NCBI GenBank assembly: GCA_012295275.1
Contig: CM022670.1
Coordinates: forward strand, 2,728,001 to 2,792,000
Reading direction: 5' to 3'
Length of the DNA: 64,000 nucleotides
Source of the DNA: Chrysomallon squamiferum
Lineage: Eukaryota; Animalia; Mollusca
Made by a program: the position numbers and the translations under genes. The notes below the pieces were generated by a model. It was not told the origin of the DNA and made no database searches. It saw only the letters and a program-made list of their open reading frames with translations. How positions within the stretch are numbered: the stretch's first letter is position 1; every line of letters begins with the position of its first letter. Positions 1 to 15,576 of this stretch are shown here, in pieces.

Positions 1-152
1 TTTATTTATATTTATTTTATTTTATTTTATTTTATTTTATTTTATTTTATTTTATTTTATTTTATTATAATTATTACATATATATATATATTTTTTTTAA
101 TTATTATTATTGTTTTTATTGCTGTTATTGTTGTTATTATTGTTATTATTAC

Positions 153-212
<60 letters not shown>
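1..212. repeat. (TTTTA)n and (TTA)n microsatellites
   Basis: direct inspection. Confidence 0.95.
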
Positions 213-3200
213 CTTATAAATTGGTTACATTAATAAACTCATTTACCATCTTGATGTAATTAATAATGTTTTAACAAGATACAATTGTAGAATAATCTGA
301 AAATATAAAATCATTAACAACATCTATTTCAAAAGCAAGCAGAAGATGCCAACTATGATATTTGCATAGATCTCTCTACTACAAACTGGTTATGTTTATC
401 ATTTTTATTACTTTCTCCAGTTAATTATAAAAAACATTATTTCCTAAATCTACTAATAAAACAAGTCTACAAAATGTATATTTTATAATAAAATACTCTT
501 TTAATATTAATATGGATGGGTTTTTAAAATGTTTTTATCACATCACTAATCCATTAAATTTTTTTTTATGAAAAAAATGTTCTTTTAATATTATTGTGGA
601 AGGGTTTTTAAAAATTTGTTTATTACTGAAAAGGATTACATCCATATTTTATTAAGAGAGAGGGTTACCAACTGGGTTAATAGTTTCACTGGAAGTCTGT
701 TTATTTCCAGTTAAATCAAAATTATTCTCTTTTATTGGCAATAAATGAGAATGTAATGTCTTCTCTGACATATCAGTTAATATTCAAAGCTTAAAGGATA
801 TTTGAAAAATTATCTAAAATATGATTTTTTAATATTTTGTTGAGAATAAATTTAGTAAAGTCTGTTATCAATGTAATTATGTAAAGTTTAAGTGTTTGTT
901 AAGTAAAATTTCTAGCAACATTTAAATCTACCATTTGTTTTAAATATTCTTTAAGATCATGTTACAAAATTCTCTTTTGTTTATTTCTTGTTGTTGCTTA
1001 TTTGAAATTATTATTGTTGTCATTTTGCATTATGAAAACAGCATATGTATTTACTGTGAATATATAACAATATATTTATATATACTTAATAAATTATTAT
1101 TATTATTATTTTATTTTATTTTTGTAATGAAAAACATTTTCATATTTTTAATGCTGCATTTTATAAAAATTTCTAACACGAAAAACGTCTTTTACCATCT
1201 CAAACAATTTATTTTATTATATGTTAATAATAATTTAAAAAAATAATAATTATCTTCATCTCTTTTTAAATTATTGATGAAAAGTTTGCATTACAAAAAT
1301 ATATTAACTTCTGCAGAAGTTAGAAATGTTTTTCATAAAAAATTAATTTGACATTTTTTTTTTTTTGTATAAACATAAATATTTAAATTCTTCCAGAATT
1401 ATCTCATGGTTTAGAGTTATCTCAGAATTAAACTGGTGTCAGTAGGTACTACAGCCCAAATCTGATGCCACAAGATTAATGAAAATTAGAAGAAAAAAAA
1501 AGAAAAAAAAAGAGTGTATTTGATAAAATGCACTTGTTGAAACCCCTTAGCCATTTCTTAGACAAACAAATGAAAAAAACATTCAAATAACCAAATTACC
1601 TGCCACAGAGTACAACAAAATATTTGTTAAATTTGAAAAATTCGATATTAATTTCAGCAGAAACCGTGAAAATTAGACATTTTGGCACTTCCCTGACAGA
1701 AACATTTTTCATTACATTTGTGAGTTTTTTTAATTTTTAAATTTTTTTTTTTTTTGTGTGTGTGTAAATATGTTTCATTTTACATTGATAGTGATAAGTT
1801 TTTGAGTTGTTTTTTTTTATACTTAAAAAAAAAAAAAAAGGCATTTACAGAATTCAGTTTCACTAAATTAGAAATAACAAAAAAATATGTATGTTCTTTT
1901 TTTTTTTTTTTTTTTCTGTATGCCATTAGTGTATACAAATGTTATTTTATTTAGTTATTTTTCATTTCTTAAATTTTATTTTATTTAGTCATATTTTATT
2001 TCCTAATTTTTTTAAAGTTTATTTTATTATTTATTTTCATTTTATATTGTTACAGGAATTGTCATTATTTTAAGAAATTCTAACAATGTGAAATTTTTAT
2101 AAATATAATTGCTGTTGCTTCCATTTGACAACACCAAGAACATCTGAAACTACAACTTCTACTATTTTTATAATATATATAAAAATGATTACTGATATAA
2201 CATAATAACAGTGAAAAAAGATTTAATCTTTCTATATCAGCAATGAATTTTTATATAGTCTGCTTCCCTTAGATGGGAAAAAGTCATAGTTTGGAATAGG
2301 AACTAGATCAAAGATACCCCCAAGAAGGATTGATCATGTGATCCATTATTTCCAGCTTCTTTCTAACCACAAAGCTGCAGTCCATTTTTCAAAGCAGAAA
2401 CAGACTAAAATCTGCCTAACAAAATAAACTTAATTACAAAAGATGGGGCTGCCATTAAATTCATCATCCACTCCGATAACATCAGGCCAACATTTGAACT
2501 GAATTCCTAAATACTTTCCTCCGAGTTTTCAAGCTTTAATCAATAGCTAATGCATAGACCCAAGTTCCAGTCGAGTGACTGTTGATGACTGTTGAACAAG
2601 TTCTTCTGCATTAAGCCAGACATTGATTGCAGCTTGATGCACATGCACTCAGCGAATGATAAGAGTAAATCATTTTGCACAGATTCAAATGAAGATGCTC
2701 TTCAAATCTCCTACTCGATGCTATCAGTTAATACTGCCATTTGAAGTTTTCTCTTGTCTCAGCCATAATGTGGAAATGTTCTTGGGTTCTTAAAGCACAC
2801 ACACAAAGTCTTTGCAGGAATAATCTCATTGCTAATTAGATCTTTAATTTTTTTTTTTTTTTTTTTTTTTTTTTGTGAGAGAAAAATTAGTGCTTCGTGA
2901 GTGAAAGCCAGATAAAAATTTGTTTTTTAAAATGAACATCAAAAAAACTAAAAAAATTAAAGAGAGGAAAAATGAAAAAAGCAAAGCTTCTTCAGGACTG
3001 AAGTAATAAAAACCGTGTTTTTTAGATTAACAGTAATTTCTCAAATCTTAAGTGTCAGATGGTTTAAGATTTTTGGAAAATTCATTTAAACCCATTCTGG
3101 TAAAGAACTTTAAAATTTATTAAGTTTGATGTTTGATTTTTATTTTTTTATATTTTTTTTGTATTTTTTTTGTATTTTTTTCTAGGGGTTGGTTTCTCTG

Positions 3201-4137
3201 AAGATTTTTGATTGGGTGTTTTAAGGCACATTAAACAAAAATCTTTATGTTTTTTTAAATGCATTTATTTATTTTTTGAAATAAAGTATAGCTAAACATT
3301 TTTTTTTTTTTACTTTACTATAATTATTTGAAATATATAAGAAAATTGCAAATGGTCTACCAGAATCTGTGAACAGATATTTTCTTTTATCATCCCAGAT
3401 TACATAATTATGCATTAACTAAAATTAATAAATGGAGAATGAAAAAATAATTAATGTTTCTTAACAGCCTAATGATTTTTTAAAGTAAATAGTTATAACA
3501 TCAAAGATTTCCCCCCACACACACTTTGGGAGGAGTTGTAGAAGATTTCAGCAATTATGTATTATAAGCTATATTCTTCGATTTTATAATTATGCATTAG
3601 AAGAAAATATTTTTTAAAAAGACAAAAATATGCCAAAGACATTTCCAAAATGACAAAACAGAATGGATATTTTATAAATTATACATTTCATTACTAATTT
3701 TGTATTGTTTTGTCAGTTTCTTTGATTTTATTATTTTAAATATGAACAAAGCAAAAATCATTTATCTCTTTGTAAAGGAAGGAAAAAAATTTAATATTTT
3801 GCATGAATTTAACAAATTTTGAAACAAATATTTAAAAAGACAAAAGAAGTTTTTTTATTTAATATTAGAGGTTAGAACAGACCTCACCCAACAAAAAAGA
3901 AGAAAAAGAAAAAAGAAAAACGATATTTCATAGATAATACCAGTCTAATATTTATTATTTTAGTGTCATTTGCTTTGGGTGTTTTCTTTTTGATATTTTC
4001 AAAATAAACAAAATAAAAGATAAAATTTTTCTGAATGACATCTTTCAATTAAAAAAAAAAAAAAATAAAAAAAAATGAAAAAGACAAAAAAAAATTACTG
4101 CAGCAGAAAAAGTCAAACTAATTTCAGTCTAGCAATT

Positions 4138-4139
<2 letters not shown>

Positions 4140-4202
<63 letters not shown>

Positions 4203-4211
4203 GCCTCTCTG

Positions 4212-4265
<54 letters not shown>

Positions 4266-4270
4266 TTCTC

Positions 4271-4305
<35 letters not shown>

Positions 4306-4334
4306 CTCTCGCACAGACACACACACATACACAC
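4140..4334. repeat. compound (CT)n/(CTGT)n/(CA)n microsatellite
   Basis: direct inspection. Confidence 0.97.
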
Positions 4335-6430
4335 TTATAATTAATTAACTAGTTAATAAATATCTTGTTGTCAGTTTTGTTTACTATAAAAACAGCCCTC
4401 AATCTGTTTATCACTGCCTTCACAAAAATGTTCATCTTGACAAGTGAGTGTGATTTTTTCCAAGATACCAGTGCTGTCTGAGAAATCAACTTTTTTTTTT
4501 TTTTTCATGAACGTAGCAGTTATTTTTTCACTGCTGAGCATTACTTATTTTTGTTTAAAAGAAAAATTCTGCCACCAGGCGTTAAAAAGACAATTCTTGG
4601 CTTAATGTAACAAAATCAGCCATATCTTCCCAGAACACAGTTAGACCAATGTTTAACTTGAGTTTTACAAACAAGGAAAAAAATAGCAGACACCACTGTG
4701 ATCAGCAGATTCAGATCTTGGATCTCCAGTATGAATTCTAAGAGCCCAGGATGTTGCAATATGATGTTACATTTGGGAAAACAAACAAGGCGGTGGTGTT
4801 CACTCTCTACAGAACTGTCTGTCAACGTATCAGATCAGTTTCTTACTAAGTTGCCATGCAAGAGGTCTGATAAGGTTAAGTGTCAAAGACTGAATGTATC
4901 ATTTTCTTTTTTTCTCTCTCTAAAAGCCATTTCAAGCTGATGGGAATGAACAGGCCTGGTATAGACCTATTGATCTTGCTGTGCATTAATCACAAAGATT
5001 AAAAAAAAAACACAGAAAAACAACCAAAGAACTTGTAATTGATGTTTGTGTGCTTGTTGCTTGATGACAAGCTGATAACTATGAAAAAAATGCAACTTTC
5101 TAGTGCTCTTATCTCAACAATCATTTTTTTTTTTTTTTTTTTTTTTTTAAAACCCTCTTTCTTCCATGCATGTGGCTTATCCAAGATAGATTTGGTGGTT
5201 TTTGTTATTGACAATGAAGGAATGTTAATGGAATTGTAAGTTATTTGGTTACAACAACTCGTTGTGTGATATAGTGAAATGTTGATGTCATATGTTCTAA
5301 GTCAAAAACTGACTCTGCTTTCTCCATGGCCAGTCTGATAAAATGTCATTTGCTGCCCTTCTGATGAGGGAATATATGTAAACAAAATTAGCTTGTCTGG
5401 CTTAAATAATCCTCAGAACATTATTTTGTTTGGTCCAAGCCATTATTACAAATAGAAAAGAGATTTATCTGCCATTAGAAACATGATGTTTGTCTGTTTT
5501 GAAAGGGATAAAACCAAAACATGAACATATTTTTATCCTTTGAAGATTTTGTTTAGCAGCCATTTTTAGAGTTTTGATTTATGTAAAAATAATTAAAAAA
5601 TAAAAATAAAAATACAATATAAAAAGTTTGCATTTATATAAATCAGTCATTTTATTTGTTTAATTTTCTGTTTTTAAAGAAAAGATATTATTAATATAAA
5701 ACCATTTTATATATCAAACTTTTATTTAATTAATTTTTAATTATTATTTTTTATTTTTTGTTATTTTGCTTTTAAAGATATAAATCAAGCCCTTTATTTA
5801 ATGTTTTTGAAAGGTATACATTAATGTAAACCTTTAATTATTATTTTTCGATTAACCATTTACATTACATCATAAAATAATGTTGAAAATCAATATTTAT
5901 ATTAATAAATTCTACATGTGTACTTTATTTATTCAGAATCATTTGTTAGCTTTTTGCTTTATGATATTAGAAGAATTGAAGATGAACATTCCTATTTTAA
6001 TCTTTGAAACACTAAACAGGTATTTTTTCTTTGTTCTTCTTACTTCATTTTATTGTCCTTCCTCTTTTTGATCCTGTACTTCCTTTTCTTGTTCTCATTT
6101 TTTTTAATTCTTCATTTCTTTCTTTTTGATTTTTGTCTATTTTTTTTCTTCTGTTTCTTTTTATACTTCATTTTCTACTCCTATTTTTTTCTCTACTTTC
6201 CACTACTTCTTTAGGGTCGTATTTAGAGCCAAATTGATTTAAAAAAAATATATATATTGCCAGCCCTTTAACTTTACTGTATTATACCTGGTGCAAAGCT
6301 ATAGAACATAACTTCAGAGGATATACTTGCTATACACCAGAACTTTTGAATGAGTTATTAATATTTTCTCTTTTATGATCCACCCAGTTGAAGAGGGCTG
6401 TGAAAATATTATTATAATTTATATACTGTC

Positions 6431-6434
<4 letters not shown>

Positions 6435-6512
<78 letters not shown>

Positions 6513-6522
6513 ACTCACTCAC
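6435..6522. repeat. (CT)n microsatellite
   Basis: direct inspection. Confidence 0.97.
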
Positions 6523-9500
6523 TTCAGCTGTAGTAGTTTGTTTGCTTTAAATCTTCTGAACTGTTGCTACCAACCTGATGCTTTCTTAATTGCCCTTACA
6601 TTCATGGCTGCTGTTTTGAAACCATATATGTTTGTGATATAATTTTGTTTGCTTGGTTTTTGTTGACAAGGAAATGCTGCCAATTAACTCTTTGACCTTG
6701 CCAGGCTAACAGGGAAATAATTAAGTCATATGTTGTTAGAGTGATGCTTAACTGACAAAGTTTTTAATTTCAGCTTAAAACCGGGGAGAAAAAATGTCAA
6801 AAAATATTACAATTTTTATTTTAGGTAATCTTACATAAATAATACATAATATAAAAAAAAAAAAAAGAATAAAAAATACTTCATCTTTCCTGATTGAATA
6901 AAATAAATAGTAATGATCTAAACTAGAATAAGATGATAATAATTTAAATAATATTACATATATTAAATTTATTGTTAAAAAGCCTTTTAAGTATTTTCTT
7001 ACACATGTTTTGAAACCCCAAGTTAAACTTTGACAAAGGGTTTATAACAACAACCACAAAATCTAAATTGTAATAAAGATAATAAAAAAGTTATTTGTCA
7101 TTAATAACCAGCTGTATTAACTCTGTCTTGCAGATTATCTTAAATATGTGTAGACTTCCACAGGGTAATAAAAAAACAAATAGAGAATTTAAACAACAAG
7201 AATGTTCCCATCCCATTAAACCATTCCTTTGGTGTAAGTGTAGTTTCCATAGAAAACAAAGTAAACCCTGAACAGATCTGATGTTTTTCTCCTTTCACTT
7301 CTGTCATTGCTTTCAGAGGTGCTCAGGTTCTTAAGATCAGGCAAAGAGTTTGTGAAATTAAGCATTCATCTTTTAAGTTGAAGCCTGAAAGTTACAGTGG
7401 TGCCATTCATTGCTTCTGTATCCACAGTTTTGTGCCTTTCAATGGTCAGTCTACACAGCAAGAGATCAAATGTTTCATTTGATAGAAACATTTCCTACGT
7501 ATCTTTGTACAACTTGAACACCCATTGTCATCTCATCAAACCGTTTCATAGCATGGTCAATAAATGTTTTGTATACACATGTGTAGGTATAAAAACCATT
7601 GTCATTCTGTCCAGCCTGTTTAATAGCCCATCACAGAATGGGCCTTTCTTGTAGCTGGGCCACAGGGGGCCACACATTCTCAGCTGAATGTTGGTTTAGT
7701 CTTGCAGGAGGTCATCATGTTCTTTGTTGTTTTATGTCTCCAGAATCCTCTGTGAATGCCAGCTTTCCGAAATACTGATTTATAATAGATTTATATCAAA
7801 TGAAAAGTAATTTGTTCTGATAACAGTATGCAGAGGTAGAGAATGTACAATGAATGGGTGCAGTTCAGGATATTGTATGCATGTGGTGTTGTAGGACTGT
7901 GCATGGGGGTGTAAGTGTAAATGTGTTTGATTGCCAGTGTTTCTGTTTCACTGTAATAGGTACATAAGCATACCTAACAAATTCATGATTAAAAAACAGG
8001 GTATTCCAACAGAAAATATATTGTGAGTGTTTGTAACAAGTAATACATACATACATATATATGTACATATACATATATACTCATACTTATACTCACACTT
8101 ACTTACTTACTTAGACACACACACACACTGAAGTGTCTGTATAAATGCACAAAGACAGACATTTAGTGAATCTGACAAGAACAACTGCATTTTCTGTGCT
8201 GTGACATTTTACATTTCATACTGCATATTGGCTTTCAAGATGTCATTACAAACAATAATGACAAATTTATGGGAAATGTCTTCATTAAAGATAATGTGCA
8301 TTATTATCCCCAGGGATAGGAAAAAACAGCACGGAGAAGGGGAAGAAAGCTATTAAAGAGTATGAAACCATAAACATGTATCAGTCACAGTTGGGTTAAA
8401 TATTTATGGGGTTTACATTGTCCCATTTAATTTATTTTAAGACTTACTGCTGGTTTATAAATTAAATCTTTAAAGATGAGCTTTTTTTTCTGAAGAAGAA
8501 GAAGAAAGAAGAAATATAGCATGAAAATATTTTACAGATAGATTTTTTGATTTTTGAAATTTATGTTTTTAACAGAACATTAATGTATGAATCAGAATTT
8601 TTATTTTGTGGAAAAGAAAAATAAACATTTATGTTTTTGTTAAAAATGTTGCATATATATTAGTATTACATAAAATGGAAAAACTGAAATCTCCATGTTT
8701 CTTTATGAGCTTGTTAATATCACTGTAAAACTTCAGAATTAACCACATTAACAAATAAAACACACACTTAAATGTGTACTGAAAGAAAAAAAAGAAGAAG
8801 ATATATTTTCATTATATATGCCATTAGAAATATAACCTTTATATTTCATATTAAATTAACAGTATTATAGTAATATGGAATGTATCTGTTGTCAGCTTTG
8901 TGAACATTCAGCATATTAATTTCTGACACTTTCATAAGTTAATGTCTCGTCATTATAAGAAGCAAATGGCTGGTAATGTATATTATATGTAGGATTCCCT
9001 GGAGCCTCTAACATTACATTAACAGATGGCATGTGGTGTAAGTAGAATATATTATAATAGCCCCTGTGATTTGCTGGATCCAATTATTTTATGATTTTTT
9101 TTACACCACAAGAGGCAAAAAAGAAATCAGGGCTTTGCTGTTATCTTCAGGGTAGCATCATATTAAAGAATATAACAAAACCAGATTTTTTAGTGCTGTA
9201 TGTAAACTACATGTGGATATATATATATATACACACTTATGGATTTACTCTATGTTCATGTCATTATGTATTATTAATGAATATTATATAATTATGTTAT
9301 TTGCTATATTGAAACACATAACATATTATTTTTAATATGTATTACGTAAACAGGTTGCAGAAGTTCACCTTGTAGCTTCAGTTGTGTGTGTGATAGTGAG
9401 TGAGTTTGTGTGTTTGTGTTCATGTGTGTACATGTGGGTGTATAATATCAGTATGTGGTGTATATATCACATAGAAACACACCATATATTGCCTATGTAA

Positions 9501-12500
9501 CTAACTGTACATTACAATTAAGCTATTCACTGTACTCAGGAAACTGATGAAAGAGCTCAGTGTGGCAGTGTGTTATTTTTATGCGTGTTGGTCACCTGGT
9601 ACATGAAGAGACTGCATGGAATAGCTGTATTTGTCACTCACATCACAGACACACAGACAATGGGACAGTCATACGCCTTGTACACATTTAGCTTCATTTG
9701 GGCCAGTTCTTCCAATTAATCAACCGATGCTTTTGACCAGATTTCAAAGCATTTTCTGTCTTCACATGACCATGTGGTTTTGATGCAGGTTTAATAGATA
9801 TTTATGGGTTTGGGCAACATTTGGCATGCACCTCCATTATGCTGTGACCGAGGTCAAGCCATCACACCTCTCACATGGTGATTGTTCAAATTATTCAATT
9901 CCTGGCTTTTATCGAGCACTTTCTGCCATAAAAAATAAAAACCTGGCTTTAAATATGGTTCATAGAATTTGGTATTGTTTTTTCATGAGTCTTTTTTTTT
10001 TATCTTTTCGTGTTTCTTTTTGGTCGGTTGGTTACAGTAGTATTAATTTTATTGTCAGTAACATTTGATGTATTGTTCTTTAGTTGCGTTTGTCTTCAGT
10101 TTCATTTCATATATCGCTACTAATTTTATTATCAGTGTCATTTATTGCAGTTTTCATTTTATGCCGTGTTTAGCTGTGTTTTAGTGTTGTCCTTAAGGTC
10201 ACTTCACTGTTAGTTGATTTATAAAGCAAAGTAACAGTGAATAATGAAATCATGACATTACTTGTAGCATGCACAGTAAAAATCTCTCTGGCTTTGAAGT
10301 TGACTTATGACTTTGAAGGACCAATCTAAAATGAAATATAGGTATTTAATAAAATGGCCTGTAGTTGACATATTAATGTTTGGTGCAGTCGTTGGTTGAA
10401 ATATTGTTGAATTATGGTTGAAATAGTTTTAAGATATTAATCATAGTCCTGTTTTAATTTATCTACAGTTGAAATAGAAATACAATACTAAAGTAACATC
10501 ATCTACAGTTGATAACATGAAAAAATATCTATTTGAAGTCATCTACAACTGAAATGACTATTAATTAAAATTATCTGTTGTTTATATAATGATTACAGAT
10601 GTATGAAAGACACACTTGTCTCCTATTGATTCAACATCAAATACTGTTTGAAAAGATCTTATTTAAGAATATTTCTTAATGATCAATTTAAAACAGGACT
10701 GCTGTGAAAATATTGATGTATAATAAATTCAGAATATGTATTGCATCATAAATAACAGTCACCTGCAGTCAAAATAAAGTAGAAATGATGTTCAGAAGAT
10801 ATTGTGGGCTATATTTAAATCTTTTATGTAAAAATCTGAAGTAATCTTTGTAACAAAACTTCGCAGTACTTCTTATATAAAAAGAATTTATTGTTCTGCT
10901 AGATTTGTTTAGATTACCTTGTCAAGATTACAAAACTTCTTAAACCCACAGTGGGGTTAAAATTCCCATCTATTGTTATATCTGTTCTGTTTCTTTCTGT
11001 GACAAAACTGTACTCATGTTTCCTACCTTTTCTTTATCAGATATCTTCTCTTGTAATTGTTTTTCCTTGTACTTACCTGCTAAACAGATGAAGTGAAAAG
11101 ACAAGTTCAAGCAGTGTGGTAATTACTGTGCTACAAATGGTGATGTGTGGGTTTGTCTATCACACTTAATTACTTATTCTCCTGACCAGTGACTGTAAAA
11201 GATCATCTTGAGTCAAAATATGTGATGGTGGATGTAAAAGAATCCTTGTTGCTTTTAAGATAAGATTATCTGATGCAGTGAAAGCCATGTAGTTGTTTTT
11301 GTTTTCTTTTTAAAATTTTACAATATTATTAACTTCCAATGATCTATTACTTAAAACACGAACTGAAAAACCCTTAAACACATTTTACCACTTTTTTTTA
11401 ATTACAAATTTTGTAAAAAAAACAACAAAAAACAATTGACCTTGCTGAACTGTACAATGCTAAATTTGAATGTCTGAAATTACACCAATTATTGTCCTTT
11501 CTAATAATGCTTTGAAATTCTGGTAACCACCCAGGGAAATAATTACATCTATTCTCTGCATGGAATTTTTCTGGATATTTTGGTCTAAGAGTAATAAAAC
11601 CTATTTCTGGCATTCAAAGATCTAGGACATTCAGAGGAATACATCACACTGAGTTTTTTTTTTTTTTTTTTTTATTGTAAGCAAACTGGCAAATGACTTA
11701 AGTTAATTAAAAGTGTTTTTTTCTGTTCAGTAATTCAGGACTAAAATGAAATGTATAGTGTCACATGTCATCTGTTATTTTCTCTCTTTTATTTCTGATA
11801 AATCTTTGCAAAACTTAAATGTTCAGTATCATTATCAGTATTATATTATGCAACCTAACATATAGAACCAAAATATTGAACTTTAGCCACCAATAGTGGA
11901 GTGACAAATGTTTTTTCAATTTTACTATTTTATTAAAAATGTATCTTTGAATATATATATCATATCTCTTTGATCCAGTTATCAACTAATATTTCCAAAT
12001 AAATGTTAAAACCTGGTTTGATCCGATAGGTCACAAATTTTATTCTAAATAAAGCTTTGGAAATTTTAACTTCACTGTGATATCATCAGTTAAAAATTTG
12101 AACAATCATTATATGGTAAAGTTTAACAAATACTATTGGAAATCTTAAACACAGAATGACAATGTATTTTCAAAATTATTTTACTCCATTCTTTAAAAAA
12201 AAAAAAAAAATAAAAAAAAAAAAAAAACATTTCAACAAATAAACAATTTTTCAGTGACATAAATATGTCAAGTAAACCTTTGAAATTTTTTTTTATCTGA
12301 GTAACCTGTGCAGTGACATAACTATATCATCTGAATCTCTGAAATTATTTTTCATTTATCGAAGTTTTACAAATACTGCATATCTCAGATACCCAGTGAC
12401 ATGTGTCAGATGAACTTCTGAACAATTCTCCTCTAGAAAAACTTTACAAATACCACTCGCAAATCTCATACATGCAAGGTCACATACATTGTAAGATAAC

Positions 12501-13868
12501 AGAAAATTACGAGGTGATTTTTTAAATTTTTGTTAGCTGTGAAAGTCGATATTTTCTTGTTTCAAGGCTCGTGGTATTAGGCTGTGAGCTTGTTTGGTAA
12601 TTTATGTCGTGTTGTCACGCAATGCTGGACAAAGCCTTGGGTAGGTGTAAATATCTAAATAAGAAGTTGTCAGGGTCTGGGTTGTGCACCTGTCTCCCGG
12701 CATGAACTCTCTTTGATGTTACCTGGGTATCTGGTGTCTGTGTAAACCACACACTTGGCTATCCAGCTTTCACACACACTGATCAGTTACATCTACTGCA
12801 GTTCTATGACATGTTAGCATGTTTTTTTTTTCATTTAATGATGGTTTTTATTTATTTATTTGTTTTATTTAATTTATCAAAAAAAAAGGTTTATAGTTTT
12901 TGTTTATTTGATTGATGATTTTTGTTTATTTAATTTAAATTTTTTTTTTTATGATCTATATTTATTTATTTATTTATTTATTTTATTTATTTATTTATTT
13001 TATTCTTTTTTATTTATTTATTTTTTATTTTTGTTTATTTTATTTTTACTGTTTCTGTTTGTTCACAAACAACTAGTACTACTTACTATTAATTTTTTCT
13101 ATAGAATATTCATTATTTCTAAAAAAAAATTCTACTTAATTAATTATTAATTTTTAATTATTAGTCCAATTTTTAAAATCTAGTTACTAATTACTGAAAA
13201 ACTAAAAAAAAAAAAAAATAATATTTAATCAGGTTCTCTAATGAGAACTGATCCCATGACCTATCACATTTAGTTACAACTGCCCTGGTAAACAAATGTC
13301 AGTTGTCTGGTGATATGTCTTTCAGGGTGGTGCCTTCCTGTTGTGTCACCTGCAGTTTAGTGACTGAAAACATCTAGCATTTATTCAACTCAACAAACAC
13401 ACCAAGACATTTCACACATAGGCGACCTTTCTTTATGCCATGTACGCAAATATGCCACAACCACTTCCAGTTCTTTTTTCACCACTCAGCAAACATTTTA
13501 ACATCTGAATTCCACTGTTTTCAATAAACAAGGTCAATAAACAAACCCTGTGGCCCTGGGATATCCAGTGTCCACTTGAAACCCACACAAGACCTGGGGG
13601 ATGTTTTCATCCATTCTCAGTAGCCCAATTTTGTCCGTTATTTGATAATAACTTGGATTTGCTGATAGCCGCAGGTGCAAGGTGTGGACAGTGGTGCTGT
13701 TTGTTTTAGGATAAGGTGTTCATTTTGTCCATGACTGGACTAAGCCAAGCAATTGTCTGTAGCCATTATTCCACTGCAGAGTTTAAGAAAATATTACAAC
13801 CTATTATTACTTCAGCTTCTATTTGTTACATATTTCAGTTCTTGAATACCAGTGCAAATTAAAAATCT

Positions 13869-14182
13869 AAATATTATTGAGGCAGATTATCTCTGAACAT
13901 TATTTAGGCTGATTTTGACTCCAAATACCTTTCAGACAGTTTAAGACTTCAAATATTATTGATAAAGATTAAGTTTCCAAATATTATTGAGGCAGATTAA
14001 GATTCCAAATATTATTGACAAAGATTAAGATTCCAAATATTATTGAGACAGATTAACAATTCAAATATTATTGAAGCACAAAAGAATTCTATTATTATTG
14101 AGGCACATAAAAATTCTATTAGTATTAAGGCAGATTAAAAATTCTATTATTATAAAAGCAGATGAACAGTTCTGTTATTATC
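13869..14182. repeat. 28-bp degenerate minisatellite, about 11 units (aaatattattgaggcagattaagattcc)
   Basis: unit starts at 13951, 13979, 14007, 14035. Confidence 0.9.
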
Positions 14183-15536
14183 AGTGCAAATAAAGGCTGC
14201 TCACACTTAGTCCACGCACTGTTTAAATGACCATCAGCAGATAATTTCATTTTGTGTTCCTAATCTTTTTCCTATTTGCAAACTTAAATACTCTATCCAT
14301 TAATCCTTTTTATAAACAGTTTTCATTTCATCATTAACATCTAATTAGGGAAAGCTATGAAAGTATTATTTCTTGTATATTTAGACAGTAAGTACAAGTG
14401 ATGGCCTAGAGCTATGATAGATGAGCTATTCTGAAAGTTACAATTTACAGCTTACAAGTAAATACTGTTCAGTGATCAATTCTGAAAGTTTAACCTAGGA
14501 TATTATCAATCCTCAACTACCAGATTTAGTTCCTTGTCTTTAAGGCTAACATAAAATTATATGTTCAAATAATGTTCATGATTGCTTACATGTTTTATTA
14601 ATAAAAAAAAAAAAAAAATAAAAAATAATCAAGATTAAAGGAAAAGGAATTAAAACTTCATGTGTTACTTTAGAGTTTTTATGTTAAAATGAAATTATAA
14701 TACATTTTTTTAAAAAAATCCAAAAAATGAAAACAAAACCCACAAAAATTGATGAAACTGTTGAAAAATCAGGAAAGAAATGAAACAGACATTAAATAAA
14801 AGAAAGAAGGAATTAAAATGCTCTCCCTCAAGCATCCCATAAATCTTTTTGTTAAACAGATTGCTAATTTATTCATTTCCTTTCTTAATGTCCAGTGTTA
14901 CTTTAGCCACATGAAAGACTTTCTGCCAGTGTTGGGAGGTTAATTAATTAACAGTCACCGAATCAACTTTGTGTGCAGCCACCAAAAATGAAACCATCAG
15001 ATCGTGTTGGTTTACTGCTGAGAGTGAAAAAGCACACAGTGGCCCAGTCACATTCCCAGATGGTTTATGGGGCCTCAGAAGTGTGCACTATGGTCTCCTG
15101 GTGCTATCAGCTCCCTTCATCCCCGAACCAGTGGAATCCAAGCAGCACATGGCTGATTGCCTGATGAACTCTTGGGAACAGGCCCCAGTAAATCACAGAC
15201 ACACAGTTCCTCTGTGTTGTAAAGTCCTCTTCCTAATTGACCATAATTACTGCTGGCCTATTGACCACTGGCAAAGATTTACACCTTTTCTGTCTGGCCG
15301 CGGCTCCCATAATTGAAGGATTTACAGCAGTCAGTGGCTCTCTTTAGCCAACACCATTGTTTTCACGTTTATTTGTCTGCAGTTTGACCATCACTTTTTG
15401 GCTGCACTGGATTAAGAAGGGAAGGTGATAGGTCTGGCAAATGTACAGAAGCAAGCCATAGGTGATTGATACTTCCACATGATCTGTTGATGTCCAGAAC
15501 TGACCAGATGGCAGGGATTTTGATTGTGGTGTCCAT

Positions 15537-15576
15537 GTCAAGTTGTATTAGTTCACGTCAAGTTGTATTAGTTCAT
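15537..15576. repeat. 20-bp tandem duplication (gtcaagttgtattagttcac/t)
   Basis: two adjacent near-identical copies. Confidence 0.9.

Noticed and set aside
13869-14182. 28-bp array (and the 26-bp array at 48722) as CRISPR-like repeats
   Set aside because: Units are contiguous with no unique spacers, the context is a eukaryotic intron, and there are no cas genes.
14969-15316. 115-aa ORF in a GC-richer island
   Set aside because: No recognisable homology, a non-ATG start and no convincing splice sites. More likely a non-coding island.
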